Virus record (IMG/VR): IMGVR_UViG_3300032257_000008
Span: 9,024 to 73,023 of that record
Strand: one strand, 5' to 3'
Source: a virus
Taxonomy: Duplodnaviria > Caudoviricetes
DNA: 64,000 nt
Shown here: positions 45,201-52,980 of the stretch, one piece after another
How positions within the stretch are numbered: position 1 is the first letter of the stretch
Layout of the letters: each line of letters opens with the position of its first letter
Program-made: the position numbers and the translations under genes
The notes under the pieces: model-generated
The model's input: the letters and a program-made list of their open reading frames with translations, nothing else
Told to the model about the DNA's origin: nothing
Database searches by the model: none

Positions 45201-45722
45201 TTTATCTACAACATCACCGGTACCTTCAGCAATTTTCTGAAGAGCAGAACCCTGGTATGCTTCATCCAAAGCTTCATAGCCCGGGATATTTCTAGCCAGG
45301 GTGTCAAGACTTCCAATAGTTTTATCATACTGCTCAGAGATGAATTCCGGAGCTTCAGTAAAAGAATCTGCTAAGGCGCCTAAACCATGAACTAATGCTC
45401 CACCGACATTTACTGTTCCACCAACTAAGGTATCTGCAGTTTCGTCTGACATTAGAGCATCTGTATCAGAATGGCGACTAATACCTTTAGCATCAGCTTC
45501 CAGTCCAACACGTTGGGTACGTAAATTTTTTATTTCATTAACGAGATTTTGACGACGAAGTTCATCCTCAGGAGAGAGGATACCTAAACTTTTTTGTTTA
45601 CTCTTAGTAGCCGATTGAACACTATTGGCTTTATCATTAACTGTATTAGTTCTTGATACGTATTCTTCTAATGAATTTGTACCTTGCACTCGTGAGAGTG
45701 CATCAAATAGCTTAGTGCTCAT
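36246..45722 (-). CDS. virion-encapsidated RNA polymerase (N4 gp50-like)
   Basis: 3158 aa, no Cys seen; WKNGRIG, ETDGKTSG (motif A), RNLSKNPLMITNYGS (motif B), LNVFDA (motif C), HELVH. Confidence 0.95.
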   Translation of the reverse strand: MSTKLFDALSRVQGTNSLEEYVSRTNTVNDKANSVQSATKSKQKSLGILSPEDELRRQNLVNEIKNLRTQRVGLEADAKGISRHSDTDALMSDETADTLVGGTVNVGGALVHGLGALADSFTEAPEFISEQYDKTIGSLDTLARNIPGYEALDEAYQGSALQKIAEGTGDVVDKATELFAGKQNGYDADFTELTDPLYNQTKVNQFAAEAGQAFEDSEGFIEGVGNMLVTAKNNPVAAAEQFAQSLPQMVALAKNGMQGAATFIAITGENARESTEIFEQKYGRKPNTEESATILGTSVAATLIDTAASKIVLGKPVFDKALGTGPLGLAVNQSLKSLAANPIVSTTMKAAAAGVKTVDKIPLTATVARGAKGGAAEPIEEGSQTILAELGGQQDLDVLTDKDVQKKAYVAGTLGLGSGVVGGTGAQAVKDLPENIGKTIDAGITTKDAVASTTDKFKSALNKDKEAVITEAVESNDPDKVINTITNLDITELSADKRKEHLNQLRTALIEVSDRTSKLEGAEQSKALEEDDRNTEIYTDMLKIHKSLKDKEEHGVTTQEAVRTITAANETDSITDKVVERTLASMQTSNEITEAEVDAILESKIFQDVATKEQVAQVEQYKESLKTLSEVSNDIAKGSEGFKGITEQLETVQTAVNSGDIETAKSTINELSAFQASQEKKLNLLETAVASITDSSGKITGETTVDWPGRKKPYFINARTPKFIAAVKNDIAGLKVAKEKAQAAYNEGYPLPERKAAENLPVNRINKSNAAPILAGLQNIEDKDITPAQVKKRANVEARIQRIAEGEEVSAAAADNLAQFVASVTRRSEKTKASRVTGTTEETTAPTDNKVGNYRDELAGLELSNPAAHAHRQKIIKRLEDVLNAESKTTLSKDAETWIKSEVKKLRDSETDKTVEFSAESAIAESILVNGLKATKQKLSDEDYKHTSDSLLQRSTKKLTGLLNVVPDLFNNLTSDKVTNKLSELSEPQTATLTGLQKFNTLFTNTVLGDKATKPLLKFLVKNSLVYDEDLVKDPLGYLIQVDLDGNRTLNKNLLSAAAISSYNWLGTQGSRTLFNDDEAIRKILRYEDNIDITPDERELLQHAGTPRNSLAELLGNDIYKQLGLQTKVTTDGKLEARLKLSLGELAITAMLNNDFVSQKTIEADEFKGISENNESKSNFIKVNNTKINPKSGKAELNRLYPSKKITYIRDSLKDGKGLLESLFGVESYEVKPLTEKSTHAPKKQKGTNQNVPKDVQDTIVKMQAVEWSAKQNMFDVIDFLGEADLLEINGYNNDIENTVHISEQDNAIGKNEALEREIGHIFNFQEEHADDLTKSVYFQYEAWKNGRIGDTSNTISLQKSKIHRHVFGAKAWETTIDTAELRDEFRYAIGLAFGLDVDSQPALKTLLEVELLINNETVQAGVEALKAVQEGNGTAEHKQLIKDAISHGGEGMHTLDALIALTQYHPTKPFTTNLANETDGKTSGIIIGTIQAMTGADDLAKLNAGGVFTDLTMVDYGQYKDEGGKDSYERLAIGWRKMLQQVDNRKDAAAVNKLVGSFLSDAKNEIVAKTARNLSKNPLMITNYGSAVDKVIEEFSNDIIKLIYSDVMKHRNDPDKLKVVQTTLNGLLGISDKDVARQLLNAIPGGQKALNFELSSEQINLIKGKVTDTYGVALKAALDEQFGDFVVYRKTVNDTMKVMFNVFKQLYDARVEQAVVDNNGKALTENQKKAVAEELQAYQPTFKGPLSENRQEGILGMKTVLSRTYTEDNQVTQVYNEPVKNTLNINTGEGTKQVTGTVSQREYKDGGVAPMILAIHSIDSAVIQGMLKNFDALNVFDAGYYKLDDVVDATTAFNKSWIDVNEQYSILEAVHEAFVDSMAQFRLEDPAAYSAFNTQVQLDYSAGTQGRSIEELTADLSTEVSVSKENRDKLFTGPINVAQMPHPGATYTHNAPVEAPTESEIQEAIDKLLQSIPDAIDFDNFNSTFERDITSQNTVTVFNELKNLGNVKDPQTHTTHLKSLLTDLVNRVLNPAQELELKLKEDGDVTYGAIKGNKVYINSAIGNVGNATQMSAQETYVHELVHAITREGVDGNFNIRKELLKVFREAKKVITWEDFMARDAQGNIIIAVNQQAEEAAAKARYEYIFENTQQTETTKVDPKTGHTIRESSNNFLHEFVAHGLTNQQLLKKLSQVEAGPQRDTKHGSLKERLEAAFLKLLDWLSGRFYGTQGLKADQALVRLVEEMTGIHTKNRTALYKKLDILQGYNEELKNHLNNLIFQPIIKFHNERLKDSKSITGRALKTITGLPVSATAENFGKAVKAVSRNLKIAEDSMLVKLVREGVGTTKNNIKWHSMLRYSKKYIDQARRHEAEEITAQIINTFHTEYTEQDSAAINRAVLKTDLVTLLEGGMDINDVIDLMENQVKLNDAISDTKLQLDTTFGNSANYYINQARGLGELMAQGTTEADATQMLNAHNIANMTSLGERTPNGDTKLAEQLIDQLATLYALDFTENGNKNAAARVIRAEYAADSTDNGILMTLNFHKGFKENALNRIFSGKKGLMIKGYTHEIFNPNTTIRVGTKDDEATLALEGFTPVSELKKSEMDPNTNTSVLYISKNQSTDTYLKSIASLTDRKVKGTTLADAYINEGDSTATLDALLDRNKVMDAAENRIDAQFANPDVTKPNKSRRKRYGTLVPITNDKGATVGYRYMMSETNKVKLLEKDDRFDVIMGKMYGSIVDKANTVEVNRNVLKLAREDYIEGFAEDPAGFVKIGEDSKDERYKEIYNMMPDQMKKDLKAIWGENNMVVREELVDLIFGYRKYSLEEFKLFGKEAGKHTAQLINGIASTFFNINNFSGKFGQTLQEVVSVAKDNIVIKSGVVLLGNINSNNLLLYVKGVPLSDIVKQQSLALRALNDFMTEVKEKNGLERRLKTYDLSPGQRKSMEAEVAQLKDNIKNNPVKELVDEGIFQSITEDVNVDESIYGQKEQLLRKAQPIIDKIPGLGIDSYKQVYMTHDTAAYKLLLRGTQYSDFIARYALYQHNINTNKMPKDEALADIIETFVNYDIPTGREMQYINDVGLLMFTKFLFRIQKVIFKNFKEKPATSLAVYSLQEMFGDVSDIADSNLITSSIIGRLNTPLDVIDSATYLGGYELLDGVVQ

Positions 45723-45737
45723 ATAGCCTCTTAATTA

Positions 45738-46940
45738 TTATAGGGCGTTATTTATTTTATCAAGTTGTCTTTGTAAAACAGCTTCCTGATTTATATTACT
45801 TTCTAAAGCTTTAGCGCCTGATAACTTATCGATTTCTTTATTAAAACCAGTTAAATCAAAATTACCTTGGAATGAAGATTTAGAGAATTTACCTAGAGTA
45901 TTCAATACAGAATCAACTGGAAGACCTTTACTAAATGCGTTATTTAATGCATTAAAAGCATCTTCTCTTTCTGTAGTACCAAACCAATCGAAAGTATCAT
46001 CTTCAATAACACTATTGATTAACGAAACACGTTTAGCTGGATCAGCAAACCCAGCTTGGAATTCTCCCCGCATAAGTTGTAATTTATCATCGATCTTAGC
46101 CTGACGTTCTGCTTTATTACGAGCAGCAGCTTCTTGCTTAGCTATACCGGTATCAGTTTTAAGTTTCTGTAATCCAGAAGTTACTTCACCAGATTTTAGG
46201 TACTTCTTAGTAAAGTTAAATAAGGAAGCTTGATCAATTTTACCATCTGCATCTTTCTTAATTTTTCCACTAGACAGTGCACGATCGATAATTTTATCAT
46301 CAGTTAAGCCAAATGAATTACGTAACTGTTTAAAGTTAGCTGCTTCCTCAGCTGGACTTAGTTTATTATCTGCAACATTCTGTTTATTAACACTAGTAAG
46401 AAATGCAAAAGTATCATCTAATGAGGATGTACCATCAACAATATTTTTAATAGCTGAGGTATTACTACTAATAATTCCAGCGTTAAACTCACGAATATTT
46501 CTTTGACGGTTATCTTCATTAACCGCACTTTGAGTTTGTTGGTTAGCTAAGCTAGCACGATTTAAATTATTCTCCCGGGAACTCTGTAAATAATCCCGTG
46601 TTAAGTCAGCATCAGATTTAGTTTGTAGTCTGTTACTAGCAGTATTTGCTGCCTTACTTAAACCAAGAAAATCTACATTCGAACTCTTATCTAAACCAGC
46701 AATCTCATTAGTGATAGCCGCAATTTCATTTGCAGATTTAGCACCACTCAATCTTGTTAAGAACGGGTCTGTACCAGCTTTACGTTCAGCAGTGTCCTCT
46801 TCAACTTTAAGAGCTTGATAACTTTCAGCTGCTTTACCGAAATCATCGAAAGCTCTATTGAATACACTACCAGCATTCTTTAATGCAGCGGTACCAGCAT
46901 TGGTATCACCGAATACATTTTTCCAAGTGGGATTAGCCAT
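45738..46940 (-). CDS. ejection/internal virion protein (N4 gp51 position)
   Basis: Directly upstream of vRNAP; MANPTWKNV start; Cys-free and Ala-rich. Confidence 0.7.
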   Translation of the reverse strand: MANPTWKNVFGDTNAGTAALKNAGSVFNRAFDDFGKAAESYQALKVEEDTAERKAGTDPFLTRLSGAKSANEIAAITNEIAGLDKSSNVDFLGLSKAANTASNRLQTKSDADLTRDYLQSSRENNLNRASLANQQTQSAVNEDNRQRNIREFNAGIISSNTSAIKNIVDGTSSLDDTFAFLTSVNKQNVADNKLSPAEEAANFKQLRNSFGLTDDKIIDRALSSGKIKKDADGKIDQASLFNFTKKYLKSGEVTSGLQKLKTDTGIAKQEAAARNKAERQAKIDDKLQLMRGEFQAGFADPAKRVSLINSVIEDDTFDWFGTTEREDAFNALNNAFSKGLPVDSVLNTLGKFSKSSFQGNFDLTGFNKEIDKLSGAKALESNINQEAVLQRQLDKINNAL

Positions 46941-46950
46941 AATCTACTCC

Positions 46951-47391
46951 TTAAGCTGGTAGAATAGTACCAGATACACCAGCACCGGCTATATAAGCAT
47001 CTACATCAGCTTGTGTTACTTGATTGCCTTGTGCCAATTGGTTATTACGCCATTGATTGCCCATTTGACTATTAATAGTCTGAGCTTGGTTAAATAGATT
47101 AGTACCATACTCAGCCTGAGCCTGATCAAATTGTTCATTACTAAGATCAAGATTTTCAAAGCCTAAATAAGTATTAGCTAAACCACTAAAAGCATTAATA
47201 CCTGCTGTCCAAGGATTAATCTGGGTAGGGGTACTACCACCTATATTGAGTCCAGTATTGCCTGGCTGGTTAGTATTACCTGGTCTCCAGTCCAAGAAGT
47301 TACCAGCATTACCAGGTGAACTAATATTAGTACCTGGTAAATTAGTATTAAATGTGCCATTTCCCCAATGAGAGAATGAATTGCCGTTCAT
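46951..47391 (-). CDS. ejection protein (N4 gp52-like)
   Basis: 146 aa; G/N/Q-rich, AGINAFSGLANTYLG...NEQFDQAQ. Confidence 0.75.
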   Translation of the reverse strand: MNGNSFSHWGNGTFNTNLPGTNISSPGNAGNFLDWRPGNTNQPGNTGLNIGGSTPTQINPWTAGINAFSGLANTYLGFENLDLSNEQFDQAQAEYGTNLFNQAQTINSQMGNQWRNNQLAQGNQVTQADVDAYIAGAGVSGTILPA

Positions 47392-47419
47392 AAGAGCGTC
47401 CTCTTAGTAAGTTTTCAAT

Positions 47420-47428
47420 AGTATATCA
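47420..47428 (-). promoter_or_regulatory. extended -10 promoter TGaTATACT
   Basis: Minus strand tgatatact in the gap upstream of the gp52-like gene; no canonical -35. Confidence 0.5.
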
Positions 47429-47445
47429 GTTAATAATCTACACTA

Positions 47446-49836
47446 CTAACGGATAATACCTGGTTTAAATTCTGGTAATTTAAGAGCATTGTCTACATAA
47501 GACTCAATTTGACTTAATGCGAGTACTCCAGGGTTACCGGTATGTACGGTTCTACTATAAAATTCAGTTGGTGACTCATAAGGATTATTCTCTACAACTT
47601 GCAATACATCATATACTTCCAGATCACTATCAGAATACGGATCTAAACCAGCTTGTATAGCATCGAGTTCATCCTGCTGGTCTTCATAGGTAGAGTTGAG
47701 ATCTGCAAAATCTTCATTTAAAGTCTCAAATTGATCGGCTATATCAATAGCTGCTGACTGCCCTACAGAACTTACACCAACTAATAACTGATCAGCAAAA
47801 GATAATCCATCTCTACCACCACCCCAGTTATAGAAGGTACCGATTGCATGTAATGTTACTGCAGTATTACGAGCATCTACATCATCTGGTTCTATGTCTT
47901 CTAAAATATCTTCTAATACAGCATCGAGAGCTGCCTGTATTAATAATGTTTTGCCTAGCTCCCATAGGAAAGTACTTAAGTTGCCTGAACCACTAATTAA
48001 AGAAAAAATAGCTAAAGCTTTAAATGCAACATCTACTAAACCAATAAACCTTGGGGTTTCATACCACTCTAAATATTGAGAGTCTTGAGCGTAAATAACT
48101 AAATGCAATGTTTCATATATTAAATCTTGTTCTTCAGTTAATTCAAAAGAATCAATCATATTATGAGACACTGGAAGTATAAAATTATTCCTTTCCGCCT
48201 CATCTTCACTTAAAGCTACAAGTTTAGTTTTAGCTTCCCCTGTTGCAATAGATACAATTGAAGTAACCATGTATAAACCATGAACTTTTAATTCATGATA
48301 CGTTGTTTCTGTAATTTGGTATTGTATGGTCATATAACTTAATATATCACCACCAGTTTCCTCATCAGTTTCTTCATCAACAACTATAGGCTCATTAGGT
48401 AAAATAGTATGTGATACCGTGCATTCACCTAAAGGACATACAGTACCTAAAATATCTAATGTTCTGGTTATATAGTTATATCTAACAAGAGTATTATAAT
48501 TTTGTTCTTGCACATGATAAGTATTAGCTGGTTTAGGGTAATCAGCATTATTATATGTTGTTATATCTATAGCTAAGTTAGTGAATAAGTTATTAAATAA
48601 TAAAAATAATAACTGTTTACCATGTACAGTATCAGTATAAACATTTAAACCAAATAATATAAAGACATCACTTATTAAATCTATATCTGGATTATCATGA
48701 ATACTATTTAATATAGTATCTAAATTTATACCAACTTTCCTAAGTAATTCATACGTAGTTAAATACTCGGGAGAAAGTAAATCATTATTTATACTTACGT
48801 TATTTTCTCTTACAGGAACAATAGATAACATTCCAGTACCATCGGTACCACTAGCCGGCACTATATTTAATGCTGGATATGTTCCTAAAGCTCTTCTGTA
48901 TATCCATACTTTATTTACTGTAGGATCCGAATCTAAAGAATAAATCACAGTGTAATAAAATTCTTCTAATGGTTTAAGAATTCCAGTAATAGTAGTTGTT
49001 TGACCATCTTCTACAACATTTGATGTTAACCCAGTATTAAATACACCATCATTACTACCATCCCCAGGTTGTTGAGTAACTACTGGAGTACCATACGTAG
49101 TTGTAACATCTGGAGGGTTGGTACCATCATCAACAGTAACTTCTGTTTTTTCAGTAGTGGTAGTTGTTTCAGTACCACCTACAGTATTAATAACAATATC
49201 CAGTGATATAACTGTTGTTGTAATTATTACGTTAGAAAAATTAGCAATATATTCTGTACCTAAACCATTAAGTTCAGCACCGGTGTATAACCAGTCAACA
49301 CCAGCTATATTACATACACCTGTATGATAATTAAATATTTCACTTTCTTGTAAATACCAGCGTACCCAGTTATCCATTTTCGGAACAGCAAGACGTACAA
49401 ATGAAGAAGTTACAGGTTCTAACTCAATGGAAGCTATAACAGTTTCTACATCACTTTTTCTGGTGTCAGAATAATTTAAAGTACTAGTAGGTATGCCATG
49501 CACATAAGTATTAGCACCGTAATAAGCGTAACTTCTTAAACTAGCGCTAATACCGGTAACATACTCTCTTTTAAAACCATCAGCTATAGATTTATTATCA
49601 ATAGCATGACGGAATATGATTCCTTGTATAGGATTTTTAGGGGGATCACTTATTAATGGTACTGTAATAACTTCAACTGCAACTACAGTCTCACCTTCAA
49701 TACCAATAATACCCATTATATCTTCAATGGTATCATCAACAAATCCAGTAAAACTATCCCAGTTATCTTCTCCAACAACTGGTTCAATAATTTCTTCTTC
49801 TAACCAGTCCCAGGCATCTGAAAAGATATCACCCAT
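47446..49836 (-). CDS. structural protein (N4 gp53-like)
   Basis: Synteny; C-terminal YLEWYETP and YESPTEFYSRT pattern. Confidence 0.75.
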   Translation of the reverse strand: MGDIFSDAWDWLEEEIIEPVVGEDNWDSFTGFVDDTIEDIMGIIGIEGETVVAVEVITVPLISDPPKNPIQGIIFRHAIDNKSIADGFKREYVTGISASLRSYAYYGANTYVHGIPTSTLNYSDTRKSDVETVIASIELEPVTSSFVRLAVPKMDNWVRWYLQESEIFNYHTGVCNIAGVDWLYTGAELNGLGTEYIANFSNVIITTTVISLDIVINTVGGTETTTTTEKTEVTVDDGTNPPDVTTTYGTPVVTQQPGDGSNDGVFNTGLTSNVVEDGQTTTITGILKPLEEFYYTVIYSLDSDPTVNKVWIYRRALGTYPALNIVPASGTDGTGMLSIVPVRENNVSINNDLLSPEYLTTYELLRKVGINLDTILNSIHDNPDIDLISDVFILFGLNVYTDTVHGKQLLFLLFNNLFTNLAIDITTYNNADYPKPANTYHVQEQNYNTLVRYNYITRTLDILGTVCPLGECTVSHTILPNEPIVVDEETDEETGGDILSYMTIQYQITETTYHELKVHGLYMVTSIVSIATGEAKTKLVALSEDEAERNNFILPVSHNMIDSFELTEEQDLIYETLHLVIYAQDSQYLEWYETPRFIGLVDVAFKALAIFSLISGSGNLSTFLWELGKTLLIQAALDAVLEDILEDIEPDDVDARNTAVTLHAIGTFYNWGGGRDGLSFADQLLVGVSSVGQSAAIDIADQFETLNEDFADLNSTYEDQQDELDAIQAGLDPYSDSDLEVYDVLQVVENNPYESPTEFYSRTVHTGNPGVLALSQIESYVDNALKLPEFKPGIIR

Positions 49837-49838
49837 TA

Positions 49839-50807
49839 TTAAGCACTTAAACCATTTTGTGCATCTGTAATAATTGCATCAATAGTAGCGTCACCCATTT
49901 TAGTACTTGGATTTATAGCAGAACCATCCACAGATTTACGAACTGCCCAGTTATCCATCATGATTTTAAGTAATTTCTGTTCCGCATCACGGTCGAAACC
50001 AGCTGCTTGTTTATCATATAAAGCTTTCTGTGCACCGACAGTACCAGCAACAGGAGTTAGACCATCAGATATTGTATCTGCTGTTTGAGCAAATTCAGTT
50101 TCTTTCTTCTGTGCAAGTAATGCTGCTTCACCAATAATTTTAAGTGCTGCTTCAACTTCAGTAAGAATCTTTTTATCAAGTAAGTTTTCTTCTTTACCTA
50201 CTTTAAGAGTTTCAGCTGCAGAACGTGCAGTATCTTGAACAATTTGCAATGCAACTTTTAACTCAGTTGCTGCTTTATTATCTATTAAAATTTTCTCAGC
50301 ATTAGATTTAGCAACTTGTGCTATTACTAATAATGCATTTTCAATTTCAGTTAATGCTTTTTTATCTATTAAAGTTTTTTCAGCATTGGCTTTAGCAGTG
50401 TTAGCAGTAACTAATAAAGTATTTTCTACCTCAGTTAATAACTGCTGACCTATTAAAGCTGTTTGAGCAACAACACGATTTAACTCTTCTACAGTAAGTA
50501 AACGTTGTTGATCAACATTTAAAGTATTAGCAGTAGTAAGTTTAGTATTCTCTACTTCAGTTAGAGTTTGTTGTTCAATTAAGTGAGCTTGCTTATCTGC
50601 AACATCTGCTCCTAATATAAATTGAGCAGCAGTAGACATTACAGTTTGCATAGAGCCCAGGTAAACATTAGCGTAGTCAGTACCTTTAAGTCTTTGTTTG
50701 TCCCATTGATTATTTAAGTGAGCTTCCACTGAAGACATCAATTTTTCAAACAAACCCTCACCATCTTTATCACCGGTGGTTAATTCTTTAATAGTTACTT
50801 CTGGCAT
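49839..50807 (-). CDS. structural protein (N4 gp54-like)
   Basis: ELTTGDKDGEGLFEKLM...HL..QWDKQRLKGTDYANVY; QKALYDKQAAGFDRDAEQK. Confidence 0.85.
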   Translation of the reverse strand: MPEVTIKELTTGDKDGEGLFEKLMSSVEAHLNNQWDKQRLKGTDYANVYLGSMQTVMSTAAQFILGADVADKQAHLIEQQTLTEVENTKLTTANTLNVDQQRLLTVEELNRVVAQTALIGQQLLTEVENTLLVTANTAKANAEKTLIDKKALTEIENALLVIAQVAKSNAEKILIDNKAATELKVALQIVQDTARSAAETLKVGKEENLLDKKILTEVEAALKIIGEAALLAQKKETEFAQTADTISDGLTPVAGTVGAQKALYDKQAAGFDRDAEQKLLKIMMDNWAVRKSVDGSAINPSTKMGDATIDAIITDAQNGLSA

Positions 50808-50828
50808 AATGTTTCCTGGGTTAGTTCA

Positions 50829-51440
50829 TTATCGGTCTATTGAACCTGATAATGCTTGTTGTGATGCCAATTCTTGTAGCTCTTCAGATGTTAAAGGATC
50901 CATTAATTCTACAGCGAATTCCTTAACTAACTTTGGCTCAACAATCTGGTTACCGCGTGGACCCTTACGTTTAACAAACGCTTGGTATCGACGTTCTTTA
51001 ATTGTTTCATAAATAATACGTGGTACATGCCAACCTTCATCAGCATCAAATGGTATAAACTTTTTAAATGTACCTAACTTACTTGAACCGACAGAGATAA
51101 TTTCACCGGGCCAATCCTTTTTATTAGGATTCATACACGCTACACGCACACGTACTAGCTCAGAACATTTCTTTTTCTTACGAGCCATTAACTGACGAGG
51201 TGTTAGATTTTCCAATAAATTTTCTAATTTTTCTTTGCTCTCAGCTTCCTTAGCTTCTTCAATGCTTGGTTGCTCAGAAACAGGGGGCTTGTCTTCTAAC
51301 TTAGCCGCAATCTTTGTTTTTAACTTATCAACACCAATATTAGGATGATATTTAATACCCATTAAATCTGCCTGAGATTTAAGAGCAATTAATTCATCAG
51401 TACCGGTTGTTTCTTCTACTACATTTTCTTCTTCTGACAT
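50829..51440 (-). CDS. N4 gp55-like protein
   Basis: LKSQADLMGIKYHPNIG, LVRVRVACMNPNKKDWPGEII, DPLTSEEL..LA. Confidence 0.85.
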   Translation of the reverse strand: MSEEENVVEETTGTDELIALKSQADLMGIKYHPNIGVDKLKTKIAAKLEDKPPVSEQPSIEEAKEAESKEKLENLLENLTPRQLMARKKKKCSELVRVRVACMNPNKKDWPGEIISVGSSKLGTFKKFIPFDADEGWHVPRIIYETIKERRYQAFVKRKGPRGNQIVEPKLVKEFAVELMDPLTSEELQELASQQALSGSIDR

Positions 51441-51491
51441 TTTGTTGCTACCTTTTAAAGAGGGTGATACCTCTGTTATTAATAAAGGATC

Positions 51492-51517
51492 GGCCCCTTA
51501 CCCTCGCGGGTGGGGCC
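51492..51517 (-). terminator. GNRA hairpin downstream of the major capsid gene
   Basis: Minus strand ggcccc-accc-gcga-gggt-aa-ggggcc. Confidence 0.55.
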
Positions 51518-51536
51518 TCACCATATTACTTACTGA

Positions 51537-52958
51537 TTACAGCTCAGCGATAGTTTTAACTACTGCTAAACGCTCAGAGCGTAAGATCATAGTACCGTAG
51601 TACCACTTGATGCTGTAGAAACCAGTCTCACCATATGGATCAGTGCGATCATGAGTTTCATCAGGCTTCTTGTGCTTGATCTTGAATTTTACAGTTTTAC
51701 CATCAGTCTGGAAACCGATAGTTGTAAAAGACTCAGAACCAATTACTAACATTGGGAATACGTCATACTTACCATTAGTTTCATGGAAAGAAGTACTCAA
51801 TGTAGTTACAAGTGCACCTGCACCTTCCCACTTCATCATTTCAGGAACAACGATGATGCGGAAGCCGGCTACAGAACCGATTTCACCGCGAGCAATATCA
51901 CCAGCGTTAGCATAATGCTGAACCGGGATGAATGCCTGGTTACCGTGTAAGTCTTTCATACGTTCCAGTGAAGGAATTAATTCAGAACCTACATACATGT
52001 AACGAGCAGCTGATACAGTTTTAGTATCAATCATACGAGAACCAGAGATGATCTTAGTATGCTTAGGTGTACGGTTGTTATCCAACTCAATACCCAGCTT
52101 CATTAGATCTTCATAAGTTACCGCATCATTGGTATTACCAGTACCAAATGGATCAGTATCATCATTACCTTGCAGATCACTAACAGCAGCAGCGCCACCA
52201 GTAAAGCGAACAACACCAGCGCCTTCTAACAAATCAATCTGAAGAGCATCTTCAGTCATTTCGTTAGCAGCTTTCACTGATTCAGTAGTGATGTGCATTT
52301 CCAGTTCTGCATCTGAATCGAAGTCCAGAGATTCCTGAGTGTACTCATCGAAGAAACCGAATTTCTCGATAGTGCCTTCCAGTTCGATACGTTTCATACC
52401 GACACGGTTAACACGACCACCAGTTTCTGACAGAGCTGGAAGCTTACCAGAAATAGTACCTACATCTTTGCTTGAACCATACAAAGAAACAGCACCACTA
52501 GTAGCAGCGGCTACAACGATGTCAACAGTATAAGCTACGTCAGCAGCGGCAGCAGCAGTAGCATAATCACCACCTGCATGACCTAAGGCATTCAGGATTG
52601 GAAGAGCTTTAGCTTCTGCATCTGCAAGAGCAGCAGCAGCATCAACACCAGTACCAGTTACTACAATTACATCTGCAGCATCAGGAGTGATTGTGATAGT
52701 ACGAGAGAACAGGATACTGATACCAGAAGCATCGATACCTTGATCATTAATGTTACGATCGTCCAGGATTGGAAGATAATGGTACTGCTTAATTTTCTTA
52801 CCCATGTTCTTAGGCATAGAACGAACATCAGCCATTTGACCGAAGTACATTTCTTTAGCAGCTTCTACAAGAGCTTTCTTATAGAACATATCCGTCCGGA
52901 TCTGAGTACCTACACTCGAATCCTGGCCGTTTACTGGATCATTATAAATTTGTGGCAT
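51537..52958 (-). CDS. major capsid protein (N4 gp56-like) with an Ala-rich insertion
   Basis: YLPILDDRNINDQGIDASG, LYGSSKD, GGRVNRVG, FQTDGK, DPYGETGF.SIKWYYG. Confidence 0.95.
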   Translation of the reverse strand: MPQIYNDPVNGQDSSVGTQIRTDMFYKKALVEAAKEMYFGQMADVRSMPKNMGKKIKQYHYLPILDDRNINDQGIDASGISILFSRTITITPDAADVIVVTGTGVDAAAALADAEAKALPILNALGHAGGDYATAAAAADVAYTVDIVVAAATSGAVSLYGSSKDVGTISGKLPALSETGGRVNRVGMKRIELEGTIEKFGFFDEYTQESLDFDSDAELEMHITTESVKAANEMTEDALQIDLLEGAGVVRFTGGAAAVSDLQGNDDTDPFGTGNTNDAVTYEDLMKLGIELDNNRTPKHTKIISGSRMIDTKTVSAARYMYVGSELIPSLERMKDLHGNQAFIPVQHYANAGDIARGEIGSVAGFRIIVVPEMMKWEGAGALVTTLSTSFHETNGKYDVFPMLVIGSESFTTIGFQTDGKTVKFKIKHKKPDETHDRTDPYGETGFYSIKWYYGTMILRSERLAVVKTIAEL

Positions 52959-52980
52959 TTTGTTTACCTATAAATGATAG

